Assembly: GCA_046758705.1 (NCBI GenBank) | Contig: JBHIAT010000004.1 | Location: 1-50,414, forward strand | Direction: 5' to 3' | Origin: Candidatus Bipolaricaulia bacterium | Lineage (GTDB): Bacteria > Bipolaricaulota > Bipolaricaulia > JBHIAT01 | Length of the DNA stretch: 50,414 bases | Shown here: in pieces, positions 19,457 to 28,957 of the stretch | Position numbering within the stretch: position 1 is the first letter of the stretch | Layout: the number at the start of each line of letters is the position of its first letter | Notes under the pieces: generated by a model | The model's input: the letters and a program-made list of their open reading frames with translations, nothing else | Databases searched by the model: none | Told to the model about the DNA's origin: nothing | Position numbers and translations under genes: made by a program

Positions 19457-19493
19457 CGATCTTGATCTACCTCCTCGGCAACCCTGCGGACGT

Positions 19494-19509
19494 ATTGATC
19501 ATTGTCACA
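19494..19509. promoter_or_regulatory. CRP/FNR-type box in the divergent intergenic region
   Basis: ATTGA-TCATTG-TCACA between two divergent CRP/FNR genes. Confidence 0.45.
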
Positions 19510-19714
19510 TGGTCATTTTAACATATTTAGCCTATGAGCGCTGTTCTGTTTTTTTGCTATTGATATTGATATTGATAATATATTTCTGGTATATAATATT
19601 ACAGGACAGGCAATTGGACCTCATGAACGACCCTGGAGATCCATACGTTCCAGGGCCAACCAGATCGGGGTTGACCTGCTACTCAAGATCCCTGGGAGGT
19701 GAGGTGACCAGACT

Positions 19715-20410
19715 ATGGCCGAAGTCGATCGCTGTCTATACTGCGAGTTAGATGGCCGGTGCGTGTTACTTGATCTGAGCCGTCAGGAGTTCTCGTTCCG
19801 ACCTGAGGAGTTCACCAGGGTCCTTGACTACGAGACAGGAGAGACCATCCTCAAGGAGGATGCCCCTCTCTATGGTTACTACATCATCTGCAAGGGCAAG
19901 GTCAAGCTGGCCCGGCGCACCACGAGCGGGAAACGGTTCACCTTCGAGATTCTCGGACCCGGCGATATCTTAGGGATCAGCGCGCTGGCCCAGAATCGAC
20001 AATACCAGGCCTACGCCGAAGCCCTTGAGCCCACTCAGATCGGGTTCGTCGATCACCGCGATTTCGAACAGTTGCTTGCTAAGTACCCCGCTCTGTCCGC
20101 TGCGGTCTTGGCCAAGCTCGCCGAAGAGGTGCAAGAACTCCGTGACCGACTTTTCGAGGCCTCGCATAAAGGGGCGAAGCAGCGGCTCGCCTACCTGCTG
20201 CTCAAGCTGGGAGAGCGGTACGGTGTTCAAACACAAGACGGCATCGTCATCAACGTGCCGCTCTCGCGCACCGAGCTGGCCGACCTGATCGGCGTTGCCC
20301 GTGAGACCGTCAGCCTGAACATGAGTGCACTGGAACAGCGCGGGCTGATTATCTCGGAGAAGGGGCGGATCATCATCCGGGACGAACCCAACCTGCGGCA
20401 GATGTTGTGA
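19715..20410 (+). CDS. CRP/FNR family transcriptional regulator with N-terminal Cys motif
   Basis: CLYCELDGRC, YYIICKGKVKL, HTH LSRTELADLIGVARETVS. Confidence 0.92.
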   Translation: MAEVDRCLYCELDGRCVLLDLSRQEFSFRPEEFTRVLDYETGETILKEDAPLYGYYIICKGKVKLARRTTSGKRFTFEILGPGDILGISALAQNRQYQAYAEALEPTQIGFVDHRDFEQLLAKYPALSAAVLAKLAEEVQELRDRLFEASHKGAKQRLAYLLLKLGERYGVQTQDGIVINVPLSRTELADLIGVARETVSLNMSALEQRGLIISEKGRIIIRDEPNLRQML

Positions 20411-20499
20411 TTGTTTTAACTGTAACTGTAACAGCGCTCATCCGCCCCGGACCCGTGAACCGGCCAGTCGCTCATTCCATAGATGATTCGTGACAAACC

Positions 20500-20922
20500 T
20501 CACCGCACGATTCGTAAGGTCGATATGCCCCAGATCCCTGTCATAAACCCGGCAGAAACAAGACACCACAGGCAGATCGCGTCGATGACGGCCAGCTGGA
20601 GGTAGATCAGGTAGAAGGAGTACAGCGTTCCGACGAGGGCGAGGCCGAAGATGCCGAGTTGCAGTGTATCCCGATGTGCATCCGCGATCTGGCCCTCCCA
20701 GAGGCTCAGACCCAAGAGTATCAGATAGCTACCCATCCCCAGAGCGGCCACCGGAATCCCGATCACCTCGGCGTAGGGACTCGCGTCGACGAGGCCACAT
20801 CCCGCTCCGATGCACACGGCCTCCACCCGGGCGACGTGCGTATAAGTGAGGTATCCGGAATCGAGAATGCCGAGGGTGGCGAGAAACGGGATGGCTTTCT
20901 GGTACCATATCGATTGAGACAT
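20500..20922 (-). CDS. Vitamin K epoxide reductase (VKOR) family protein
   Basis: SGYLT, loop cysteines CIGAGC, SPYA..GIPVA.LG, active site CLWC in TM4. Confidence 0.9.
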   Translation of the reverse strand: MSQSIWYQKAIPFLATLGILDSGYLTYTHVARVEAVCIGAGCGLVDASPYAEVIGIPVAALGMGSYLILLGLSLWEGQIADAHRDTLQLGIFGLALVGTLYSFYLIYLQLAVIDAICLWCLVSAGFMTGIWGISTLRIVR

Positions 20923-20928
20923 GGGTGG

Positions 20929-21651
20929 TCAGAAACTTTCCCTTTCAGCGTTGGCCAGTTCGGCCTCGAGGATCTCCCGAAATGTAGACAAAGGTAGATC
21001 ACCTGCGGTGATGCGCCCGTTGATGAAGAAGGTGGGGGTGCCCTGGACGCCGAGGCGTTGGCCCTCCCGGAACTGCTCTTGGACTTGATCGGTGTACCTG
21101 CGAGTCCCCAGGCAGTTGTTGAACATCTGGGTATCCAACTGCAGTTCTTCGGCCAGGCGCTTGAGCGCCTGCTCGTCGAACGCCCCCCGTCGACGGATCG
21201 CTGCTCGGTGGAACAGCCGATCGTGATATGCCCAGAATGTTCCCTGCTCATGGGCACACATCGCCGCCTCGGCAGCCCGCACCGAGCCCTCGCCCAGGAA
21301 CGGAAAGTTGCGGAACACCCAACGCACCTTCCCCGTGTTGATATATGTTTCGAGCTGAGGTGCGGTATTCAGGGTGAAGTTGGCGCAGTGGGGGCACTGA
21401 AAGTCGGAGAACTCGATCACCGTCACGGGAGCATCAGGGGAGCCTTTAGCAAGATCTCCGCTTGTGTGTCCGACCTGGATTGAGGGGGGTGAGAGATCCT
21501 GAGATCGGGTGGCGGACCAATAACTGAGAGCGATCAGGCCACCGGCGACGACGATAGCAGCGGCGATCACCCCGCGAATTTTGGGGAAGCGGTTCTGGCC
21601 ACGGGGTTTTCTATCCCGCGCTTCTCTCTTCCCTTGCTTATTTTTCTCCAC
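20929..21651 (-). CDS. DsbA family thiol-disulfide oxidoreductase
   Basis: TM anchor, GSPDAPVTVIEFSDFQCPHC, cis-Pro loop GVQGTPTFFING. Confidence 0.9.
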   Translation of the reverse strand: MEKNKQGKREARDRKPRGQNRFPKIRGVIAAAIVVAGGLIALSYWSATRSQDLSPPSIQVGHTSGDLAKGSPDAPVTVIEFSDFQCPHCANFTLNTAPQLETYINTGKVRWVFRNFPFLGEGSVRAAEAAMCAHEQGTFWAYHDRLFHRAAIRRRGAFDEQALKRLAEELQLDTQMFNNCLGTRRYTDQVQEQFREGQRLGVQGTPTFFINGRITAGDLPLSTFREILEAELANAERESF

Positions 21652-21689
21652 GGCCCGTCCTTATTGATTTTCGGATCCACGAACGGTGC

Positions 21690-22640
21690 TTATGAGAGGG
21701 CATCGAACGGGATGCCGCGGTGAATTCCGAGATGACGGGCGATCGCCACCGCATCCTGGTACTCCCGTCTGGAGATCGGTCGCGCCAGCTCCGGGTGATC
21801 AAACGCCCGATACGCCGGACGGTACTGATCCATGAGGTTGACCCAGGAGTCTTGAGACAGCGCGGCGATGAACGCCAGCACCGCTCGCGTACCGGCCAGA
21901 CCCTCGGGCAACACCAGATGGCGGATCAGCAGGCCGCGTCTCGCCAGCCTGTCCATGACGGTCAGATCCCCGACCTGTCGGTGCATCTCCGCGATCGCTT
22001 TTCTGGCCACCTCCCAGTAAGCCCGGACGCCCGAATAGTCCATCGCGACCCGGGAGTCGCTGTACTTGAGGTCCGGCATGTAGATGTCGACGATTCCCGC
22101 AAGGAGCTTGAGCGCTTGAACGGAGTCGTAACCCGAAGTGTTGTAGACGATCGGCAGGCGAAGTCCTTGAGGGATCGCGAGTTCCAGCGCTTCCAGGATC
22201 TGAGCCACGACGTGGCTCGGCGTGACCAGATTGAGGTTGTGGCAGCCCATCTCCTGGATATCGAGGAAGATCTTGGTGAGCCGCTCAGGGCGGACCGCTT
22301 CCCCTTGGGTTGTCTGACTGATGTCATGGTTCTGACAGAAGACACAGCGCAGGTTGCAACCGGAGAAGAACACGGTCCCCGACCCGTGCCATCCCCGCAG
22401 CACCGATTCCTCGCCGAAGTGCGGAAAAGCGGAGTAGACGAGGGCATAACGGCCGACCCGGCATTCACCAGCCTGGTCGCCGAGGCGATCGGTGTGACAG
22501 ACCCGGGGGCAGAGGGTACAGGCGCTGAGACGTGCCTGAGCCTGCGCCACCCGCTCCCGCAGAATCCCTCGTTCGTAGAGGTCCAGATACACCGGATAAG
22601 TAGAGGCCAAAGAAGCGGGCTGTGTCGCGGCCATCTCCAC
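21690..22640 (-). CDS. Radical SAM protein, PflX-like
   Basis: CTLCPRVC, HFGEE...GSGTVFFSGCNLRCVFCQN..ISQ, HNLNLVTP, DIYMPDLKY, RHLVLP, MDQYRP. Confidence 0.88.
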   Translation of the reverse strand: MEMAATQPASLASTYPVYLDLYERGILRERVAQAQARLSACTLCPRVCHTDRLGDQAGECRVGRYALVYSAFPHFGEESVLRGWHGSGTVFFSGCNLRCVFCQNHDISQTTQGEAVRPERLTKIFLDIQEMGCHNLNLVTPSHVVAQILEALELAIPQGLRLPIVYNTSGYDSVQALKLLAGIVDIYMPDLKYSDSRVAMDYSGVRAYWEVARKAIAEMHRQVGDLTVMDRLARRGLLIRHLVLPEGLAGTRAVLAFIAALSQDSWVNLMDQYRPAYRAFDHPELARPISRREYQDAVAIARHLGIHRGIPFDALS

Positions 22641-22664
22641 CGTATGCTTAAGCGCCTAGTCCGT

Positions 22665-22967
22665 CTAATGCGCCCCGAAGTCGCTGATCAGTTCCCCGGT
22701 CTCCCGGGTCCAGTCGACCGCGCCGATCAACTGATCGACAAGATCAAGGTAGCACTTCCACGAGTCCTCCAAATACGCTCGCAGCGCATCGACCGCCTTG
22801 GCATCATCGCTCGTGACCATGAAGTGGGCCATTTGCCACGGTCCGGTCTGTAAGATCACCTTGTCCAAGGCCTGAGACATCAACTCGTGGTGGCGTCCTC
22901 GTTCCTCGCACTCTACCAACAGTTGGGCGGCGTGGGCCAGCGTGTCAACCTCACGTTGGATCTTCAT
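22665..22967 (-). CDS. Small hypothetical protein
   Basis: ~100-aa helical ORF with RBS AAGGAGG, co-oriented between pntB and the radical SAM gene. Confidence 0.6.
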   Translation of the reverse strand: MKIQREVDTLAHAAQLLVECEERGRHHELMSQALDKVILQTGPWQMAHFMVTSDDAKAVDALRAYLEDSWKCYLDLVDQLIGAVDWTRETGELISDFGAH

Positions 22968-23036
22968 GATCAAGATCCCTCCTTATCCAATCTGTTCCGA
23001 TCGGCTCAGCAGGTGAGCACCGCAGCGACGCAGGCA

Positions 23037-24461
23037 TCAGAGGCTCTTGATCTCGCTCACCACCTCGTCCAACGAGTCTTTGGCATCTCCGAACAGCATC
23101 ATCGTCTTCGGGTTGAAGAACAGCTCGTTATCGACACCAGCAAAGCCGGGATTCAGGCTGCGCTTGAGGAAGATAATGTGCCTGGCTTTGTCCACGTTCA
23201 GGATCGGCATGCCGTAGATGGGGCTGTCCGGCTCGGTTCGGGCAGCCGGGTTGACCACATCGTTGGCACCGACGACCAGGGCGACATCGGTGCGGTTGAA
23301 CTCGGGGTTGATGGCGTCCATGTCGTAGAGCTGAGGATAGGGCACGTTCGCCTCGGCGAGCAGCACGTTCATGTGTCCCGGCATTCTGCCGGCGACCGGG
23401 TGGATGGCGTACTTCACCTGCACGCCTCGCGCCTCCAGGAGGTCGGCGAGTTCCCGAACATCGTGTTGTGCCTGGGCCACCGCCATGCCGTAACCGGGCA
23501 CGATGATGACCGAGTCGGCGTAAGCCATGACGATGGCCGCGTCCTCGGCGGTGACCGACCGGACCGATTTCCCATCTGTGCTGGCGCCGGCCCCGACCAC
23601 CGGGGACTTCATATCGGCTGTACCGACCGCCCCGAACAGCACATTCGCCACGGAGCGGTTCATCGCCCGGGACATGATCGCGGTCAGGATCAGTCCGGAG
23701 GCCCCCACCAGCGCTCCGCTGATGATCAGGACCGTGTTCGCCACCACGAACCCGGCAGCGGAAGCCGCCAGCCCGGAGAAGGAGTTCAACAGCGAGATGA
23801 TCACCGGCATGTCCGCCCCGCCGATGGGGATGACCAACAGCACCCCCAGAACCAGGGAGACCCCCAGCAGGACGATGAAGATCGTCGAGTCCGGGGACGA
23901 CCCGACGAGGAAGCCTCCCATTCCCAGGATGCCGAGGAACAGGATTAGGTTAACGATTTTTTGGAGGGGATAGGTCACCGGCCTGCCGGTCAAGATCCCC
24001 TGTAACTTCCCGAAGGCGATCATACTGCCGGAGAAGGTGACCGCGCCGATCAACGTCCCCAACGAGATCGTGATCATGGTATCGGTTGGGATCGATGCGA
24101 CGATCTCACCCGATGTGAGCCGAGCGAACTCGGCAGATGCCACCAACGCCGAGGCTCCTCCGCCCAGGCCGTTGAAGACGCCCACCATCTGGGGCATGGC
24201 GGTCATCTTGATCAACCGAGCCGAGGCCGCTCCGATGGCCGAGCCGACGACGATTCCTGCCACGATCAATCCGTAGTTGAGGATCTCCCGATCGAGCAGG
24301 GTGACCACCACGGCGATGAGCATGCCCACGGCGGCCAGTTGATTTCCGGATCGAGCGGTGGCCGGGGAGCCAAGTCGCTTGAGGCCGAAGATGAACAGGG
24401 CGGAGGCCACCAGATACGCCAACGGAGTCAGGTAGGTTTCAACCGCGTCAGGCACTTTCAT
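23037..24461 (-). CDS. pntB: NAD(P) transhydrogenase subunit beta
   Basis: MTAMPQMV, PIGGADMPV, AMNRS, IVPGYGMAVAQAQH, HPVAGRMPGHMNVLLAEA. Confidence 0.97.
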   Translation of the reverse strand: MKVPDAVETYLTPLAYLVASALFIFGLKRLGSPATARSGNQLAAVGMLIAVVVTLLDREILNYGLIVAGIVVGSAIGAASARLIKMTAMPQMVGVFNGLGGGASALVASAEFARLTSGEIVASIPTDTMITISLGTLIGAVTFSGSMIAFGKLQGILTGRPVTYPLQKIVNLILFLGILGMGGFLVGSSPDSTIFIVLLGVSLVLGVLLVIPIGGADMPVIISLLNSFSGLAASAAGFVVANTVLIISGALVGASGLILTAIMSRAMNRSVANVLFGAVGTADMKSPVVGAGASTDGKSVRSVTAEDAAIVMAYADSVIIVPGYGMAVAQAQHDVRELADLLEARGVQVKYAIHPVAGRMPGHMNVLLAEANVPYPQLYDMDAINPEFNRTDVALVVGANDVVNPAARTEPDSPIYGMPILNVDKARHIIFLKRSLNPGFAGVDNELFFNPKTMMLFGDAKDSLDEVVSEIKSL

Positions 24462-24750
24462 CCTCCTGTTTCTTCTTCTTGAACATCTGCAGCATGCGAT
24501 CGGTCACCAGGAACCCACCGACGACGTTGACGGTGGCCAGGACTACCGCGATCAGGCCCAGGGTCGTGCTCAAATTCTTGTCCAGCGGTCCGGCGACCAC
24601 CAAAGCACCGATCAACGCGATCCCGGAGATGGCGTTGGAACCGGACATGAGCGGCGTGTGCAGCGTGGGCGGGATCTTGGTGATCACCTCAAAGCCGACG
24701 AACATGGCCAGAACAAAGATGAACAATCCAACCAGTATTCCTTCGAGCAT
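24448..24750 (-). CDS. pntA: NAD(P) transhydrogenase subunit alpha, membrane part (alpha-2)
   Basis: LHTPLMSGSNAISGI and NVVGGFLVTDRMLQMF motifs. Confidence 0.95.
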   Translation of the reverse strand: MLEGILVGLFIFVLAMFVGFEVITKIPPTLHTPLMSGSNAISGIALIGALVVAGPLDKNLSTTLGLIAVVLATVNVVGGFLVTDRMLQMFKKKKQEDESA

Positions 24751-24771
24751 AATCGAACACTCCCTTCAGTG

Positions 24772-24804
24772 ACTCAAACTCAAACTCGAACTCGAACTCA
24801 GACT
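24772..24804. repeat. Imperfect hexanucleotide tandem repeat (ACTCRR)x5.5
   Basis: ACTCAA ACTCAA ACTCGA ACTCGA ACTCAG ACT between pntA1 and pntA2. Confidence 0.75.
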
Positions 24805-24808
24805 TATC

Positions 24809-25948
24809 TCACATCTGCGCCGGCGCTTGCGGGATCTCTCCTGCGTGTGTGATGCAGGTCTCCCGAGTGATCTCATCTTCGAAGTCCAGATGCAGTTCAT
24901 TCTCCTGGATCAGGTGGAGCAGGAAACCGGAGATGTTTTTGGCGTACATCTGACTCGCATGGACCGGCATGGTGCTCGGCAGGTTCAGTGGGCCATGGAT
25001 GGTGACTCCATGGTGAATGACTTCGGTCCCGGGCTCGGTCAGCTCACAGTTGCCGCCCGCCTCCGCAGCCAGGTCGACGATCACCGATCCCGGTTTCATA
25101 TCGTTGACCATATCCTCAGTGATCAACACCGGAGCCGCTTTCCCCGGGACCAGCGCGGTGGTGATGACGGCATCGGCTTCCTGGACGTGCTGGTGGATCA
25201 ACTCTTGCTCCCGACGTTGCGATTCCTCGGAGATCTCCTTGGCGTAGCCTCCGGTGTCTTCGGTCTGCTCCTCTTCCAGTTCCACTGTGACGAAGGTCGC
25301 CCCCAGGCTTTCCACCTGCTCCTTGACCACCGGCCGGATGTCGAACGCCTCGACTATCGCACCCAGGCGTCTGGCGGTAGCGATCGCCTGTAGACCGGCC
25401 ACACCGGCTCCCAGAATGAACACCTTGGACGGAATGATCGTCCCCGCCGCCGTCATCATCATCGGGAAGAACTTTCCCAGTGAGCCGGCGGCGATGAGGG
25501 CAGCCTTGTAACCGGCGATCGTGCTCATCGATGACAGGGCATCCATCTCCTGGGCCCGGGTGATGCGGGGAAGGAGTTCCAGGCTGAAGCCGGTGATCTT
25601 TCTTTCGGCTAGCTGGTTCATCAGCTCCGGGTTGCCGCGCGCCTGGAGGAGCCCGATGAGGATTGCGCCCTGTTTCATCAGTTCCAGTTCATGCACGCCC
25701 AGGTCGTTGTTCAGGACCGGTGGCTGCACCTTGAGAACGACGTCCGCTTCACCGAGCAATGCGGTGGGATCGGAGGCTAGCTTAGCTCCGGCCTCCTCGT
25801 ACGCAGGGTCGGGGAAGAACGCGCCTTCCCCGGCCCCAGATTCGACCCAAATCTCGATTTCGGACTTCACCAACCGGGCGACGACCTCGGGGACCAACGC
25901 CACCCGTCTCTCGTCCGGAACGATCTCCTTGGGGACCGCGACCTTCAA
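24809..25948 (-). CDS. pntA: NAD(P) transhydrogenase subunit alpha, NAD-binding part (alpha-1)
   Basis: VPKEI...ERRVALVP, PRITRAQEMDALSS, GAGVAGLQA, GGYAKE, DLAAEAGGNCE; TTG start after AGGAGG. Confidence 0.96.
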   Translation of the reverse strand: MKVAVPKEIVPDERRVALVPEVVARLVKSEIEIWVESGAGEGAFFPDPAYEEAGAKLASDPTALLGEADVVLKVQPPVLNNDLGVHELELMKQGAILIGLLQARGNPELMNQLAERKITGFSLELLPRITRAQEMDALSSMSTIAGYKAALIAAGSLGKFFPMMMTAAGTIIPSKVFILGAGVAGLQAIATARRLGAIVEAFDIRPVVKEQVESLGATFVTVELEEEQTEDTGGYAKEISEESQRREQELIHQHVQEADAVITTALVPGKAAPVLITEDMVNDMKPGSVIVDLAAEAGGNCELTEPGTEVIHHGVTIHGPLNLPSTMPVHASQMYAKNISGFLLHLIQENELHLDFEDEITRETCITHAGEIPQAPAQM

Positions 25949-25987
25949 TTGTTCCTCCTGATTAACACTATATTATATTATACACAC

Positions 25988-26053
25988 ATTATAATTATCT
26001 ACCTGAAGGCAATGCTATGAACTACATCATCGAAATGGATGAGTCTCGTCATG
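25988..26053 (-). promoter_or_regulatory. Putative CRP/FNR promoter of the pnt operon
   Basis: -10 TATAAT (25988-25993); boxes TATGA-ACTACA-TCATC (26016-26031) and GATGA-GTCTCG-TCATG (26038-26053), 22 bp apart. Confidence 0.6.
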
Positions 26054-27494
26054 GTGGCAGGATCGCCGCGGCGGCGCGGGCACTGAGGTTGATGAACAGG
26101 TCTGGGTACAGGCCGACGAAAACCACGAACAACAACGCGATCAGAATCGCGATCCCAGGGCCGCGGGCGATCGAAAGCCGCTCCGTCTGCTCGGCCGGGT
26201 CTACGTACATGTACTTGATGACCCGGGCGAAGTAGTAAAGAGAGATCGTCGAATTCAGAAAGGCGAAGCCCGCAAGCCAGATGAGCCAACCGGTTCCGTT
26301 CACAGCAGCGTCGACCGCGCTCGAGAACAACACGAACTTGCTCGCAAACCCGGCGAACAGAGGGATACCCGTCAACGATAACATGAGTATCGCCATCGCA
26401 AACGCCATAGCCGGCGCTCTTTGGGACAGTCCCTTGTAGTCATCCAGGCGCTCACCGACCCCGGCAATGCTGAGTGTGGCGACGATCAGGAACGCCCCGG
26501 CGATCATGAACGCGTGGGTGATCGCATGGAAGATCCCTCCGGTCAATGCGTACTCTGTACCGACCGGGAAGGCGATCAGGATGTATCCGGCCTGGGCGAT
26601 GGAGGAGTAGGCCAACATCCGTTTGATGTTCAGCTGTTGGAGCGCGATCAGGTTACCGACGGTCATGGTGAGCACCGATAGGACGGCGATGGGATAGATC
26701 CATTCCAGCTTGACGGCCAACAGACCGACGAGGAAGATCTTGAACAGTGCGGCGAAGCCCATCGTCTTCGAGCCGGCGGTGAGCAGCGCGGAGACCGGGG
26801 TGGGCGAGCCTTCGTAGACGTCTGGAGCCCACATGTGGAAGGGGACGACCGTGATCTTGAATCCGAAACCGACGATCAACAACGCCAACCCCACATTGAA
26901 GATCAGTCCGAAGCTCTCTGCGTCCCCCTCAAGGCCGGCGGTCATGTCGGCGATAGCCGTCGTCCCGGACACGCCGTAGATCAGGGAGATACCGTACAGG
27001 GCGATCGCCGAGCTCAACGCGCCGATGATGAAGAACTTGGTCGCCGCCTCGGTGGAGGTCGCGTTCTTCTTCAAGTAACCGGCGAGCACATAGGTCGACA
27101 GGCTGGAGAGCTCAAACCCGATAAACAGCGCGATCAGATCGGCGGCGCTGGCCACCACCATCATCCCCGTCGTTGCCAGCAGAATCAGCGCATAATACTC
27201 GGACTGAGACTGATTCCTGTGGCCGCTGAGGTAATTCCCCGACCCGAGAACGATCAACAGCGTGACCCCCAGAAACAGGGCCTTGAAAACCAGGGCGAAC
27301 GGATCCAGCGTCACCATCCCGGAGAACAACCGCTCATCGGACGGCAGCCAGCTCAACGAGATGAGCGCCAGGGTGATCCCGGCCCCGGCGACGGGTTGCA
27401 ACCGGTGGCTCCGTTCCGGGAGGAACAGCAGGACCCCGGCGGTCAGGAACATAATGATCTCAGGAGATACGCCGATCAGATCAGATGGGTTCAT
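26049..27494 (-). CDS. nuoN: Complex I subunit N
   Basis: EAATKFF, FKITVVPFHMWAPDVYEGSP, KRMLAYSSIAQAGY, GFASKF. Confidence 0.95.
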   Translation of the reverse strand: MNPSDLIGVSPEIIMFLTAGVLLFLPERSHRLQPVAGAGITLALISLSWLPSDERLFSGMVTLDPFALVFKALFLGVTLLIVLGSGNYLSGHRNQSQSEYYALILLATTGMMVVASAADLIALFIGFELSSLSTYVLAGYLKKNATSTEAATKFFIIGALSSAIALYGISLIYGVSGTTAIADMTAGLEGDAESFGLIFNVGLALLIVGFGFKITVVPFHMWAPDVYEGSPTPVSALLTAGSKTMGFAALFKIFLVGLLAVKLEWIYPIAVLSVLTMTVGNLIALQQLNIKRMLAYSSIAQAGYILIAFPVGTEYALTGGIFHAITHAFMIAGAFLIVATLSIAGVGERLDDYKGLSQRAPAMAFAMAILMLSLTGIPLFAGFASKFVLFSSAVDAAVNGTGWLIWLAGFAFLNSTISLYYFARVIKYMYVDPAEQTERLSIARGPGIAILIALLFVVFVGLYPDLFINLSARAAAAILPP

Positions 27495-28957
27495 AGCATC
27501 GTTCCCAGGACAGCGTTCACCGAGGTATTGATGAAGTCGAGCACGACCGTCGGAGCCAATCCAAAGAACAGGATCATCAGGATCAGGATCATCATCGGCC
27601 AGAACTCATGCCCGTGCAGATCATGGGCCTCGACGGCGACGGTTGCGACCGGGCCGAAGATCGCCCGCTTTAACACCCACAGGTAGTAACCGGCGGTGAT
27701 GACCACCGTCAGGACCGGCAGGATAAACAGCAGACCGAAGACCTGATAGGTCGCTAGGAAGACCATGAACTCGGCGACGAACTGGACCATCCCTGGCAGG
27801 CCCAGGGAGGCCAGCGCCCCAGCGGTGATGATGAATCCGGCCTTGGGCATCGTCGTCGCCAGCCCACCGAGGGCCGGAATCTCCCTCGTCCCGACACTGT
27901 GGTGGATGCTGCCGACGATCATGAACAGGAGCGCCGAGATGAAGCCGTGGGCAAACATCATGTACACCGCTCCGGAGATGCCGAGTTCGATCAACCCGGC
28001 GATCCCCAGGAGGACGATCCCCATGTGGCTGACGCTGGAGTAGGCGACCAACCGCTTGAGATCCTGTTGAGCCAGGCAGATCAACGCCCCATAAATAATG
28101 CTCAGGATACCGATCGCGAGCATGATGGGACCGAACCACTCCGCCCCATCGGGTAGCAGCGGTACAGCGATCCGGATAAGGCCGTAGGAACCCATTTTCA
28201 ACAGCACGCCCGCCAGCAGGACCGATCCGCCAGTCGGGGCTTCGACATGGGCGTCGGGAAGCCACGTATGAACGGGAACGACCGGCATCTTCACCGCAAA
28301 CCCCACGAACAGGGCTGCGAACGTCAGGATCTGGAACGTTCGCGAGAACCCATCGCTCGCCGCGGCGATCTCGGTCAGATCGAAGGAGCCGACCCCCGCG
28401 TTGAAGTACAGGGCGATGATCCCGAGGAGCATGACCAGGCTCCCCAGGAACGTATACAAGAAGAACTTGATCGCCGCGTACTCCTTCCTCGGCCCGCCCC
28501 AGATGTTGATGATCAGGTACATCGGAACCAGGACCACTTCCCAGAAGACGTAAAACAGGAACAGGTCGATCGCCACGAATGTCCCGATCAGGCTGATATC
28601 GAGGAGCAGAAAAAACGAAAAATACGCTCTGATCCTATGCTCCAGATCCCAGGAGTAAATACAGACCAGGAAGGTGAGCAGAGTCGTCAACAGCACCATC
28701 GGTGTGCTGATGCCATCGACCCCTACCTTGTAGGAGATCCCCAGGGCTGGGATCCAGGCGTACTCTTCTACGTACTGCAGAGCGGACTCGTCGAAGTCGA
28801 CCGTGACATAGAGCGTGATAGCGATCAGCAACGGGATGAGCGACGTGATGAGTGCGATGTACTTCACAGATCTGGCGTCTCTCCCGAACGCGATGATCGC
28901 CAGGATCCCAACAAGCGGTACGAGCAACAAGATCGAGATAAGCGGAACGTTGGTCAT
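27491..28957 (-). CDS. nuoM: Complex I subunit M
   Basis: GVDGIS, FYVFWE, KFFLYT, VPVHTWLPDAHVEAPT, LLKMG, AYSSVSHMG. Confidence 0.96.
   Translation of the reverse strand: MTNVPLISILLLVPLVGILAIIAFGRDARSVKYIALITSLIPLLIAITLYVTVDFDESALQYVEEYAWIPALGISYKVGVDGISTPMVLLTTLLTFLVCIYSWDLEHRIRAYFSFFLLLDISLIGTFVAIDLFLFYVFWEVVLVPMYLIINIWGGPRKEYAAIKFFLYTFLGSLVMLLGIIALYFNAGVGSFDLTEIAAASDGFSRTFQILTFAALFVGFAVKMPVVPVHTWLPDAHVEAPTGGSVLLAGVLLKMGSYGLIRIAVPLLPDGAEWFGPIMLAIGILSIIYGALICLAQQDLKRLVAYSSVSHMGIVLLGIAGLIELGISGAVYMMFAHGFISALLFMIVGSIHHSVGTREIPALGGLATTMPKAGFIITAGALASLGLPGMVQFVAEFMVFLATYQVFGLLFILPVLTVVITAGYYLWVLKRAIFGPVATVAVEAHDLHGHEFWPMMILILMILFFGLAPTVVLDFINTSVNAVLGTML

Noticed and set aside
20489-20504. CRP-like box CGTGA-CAAACC-TCACC
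   Set aside because: Lies between convergent gene ends, overlapping the VKOR stop, with no partner box or suitably placed -10.
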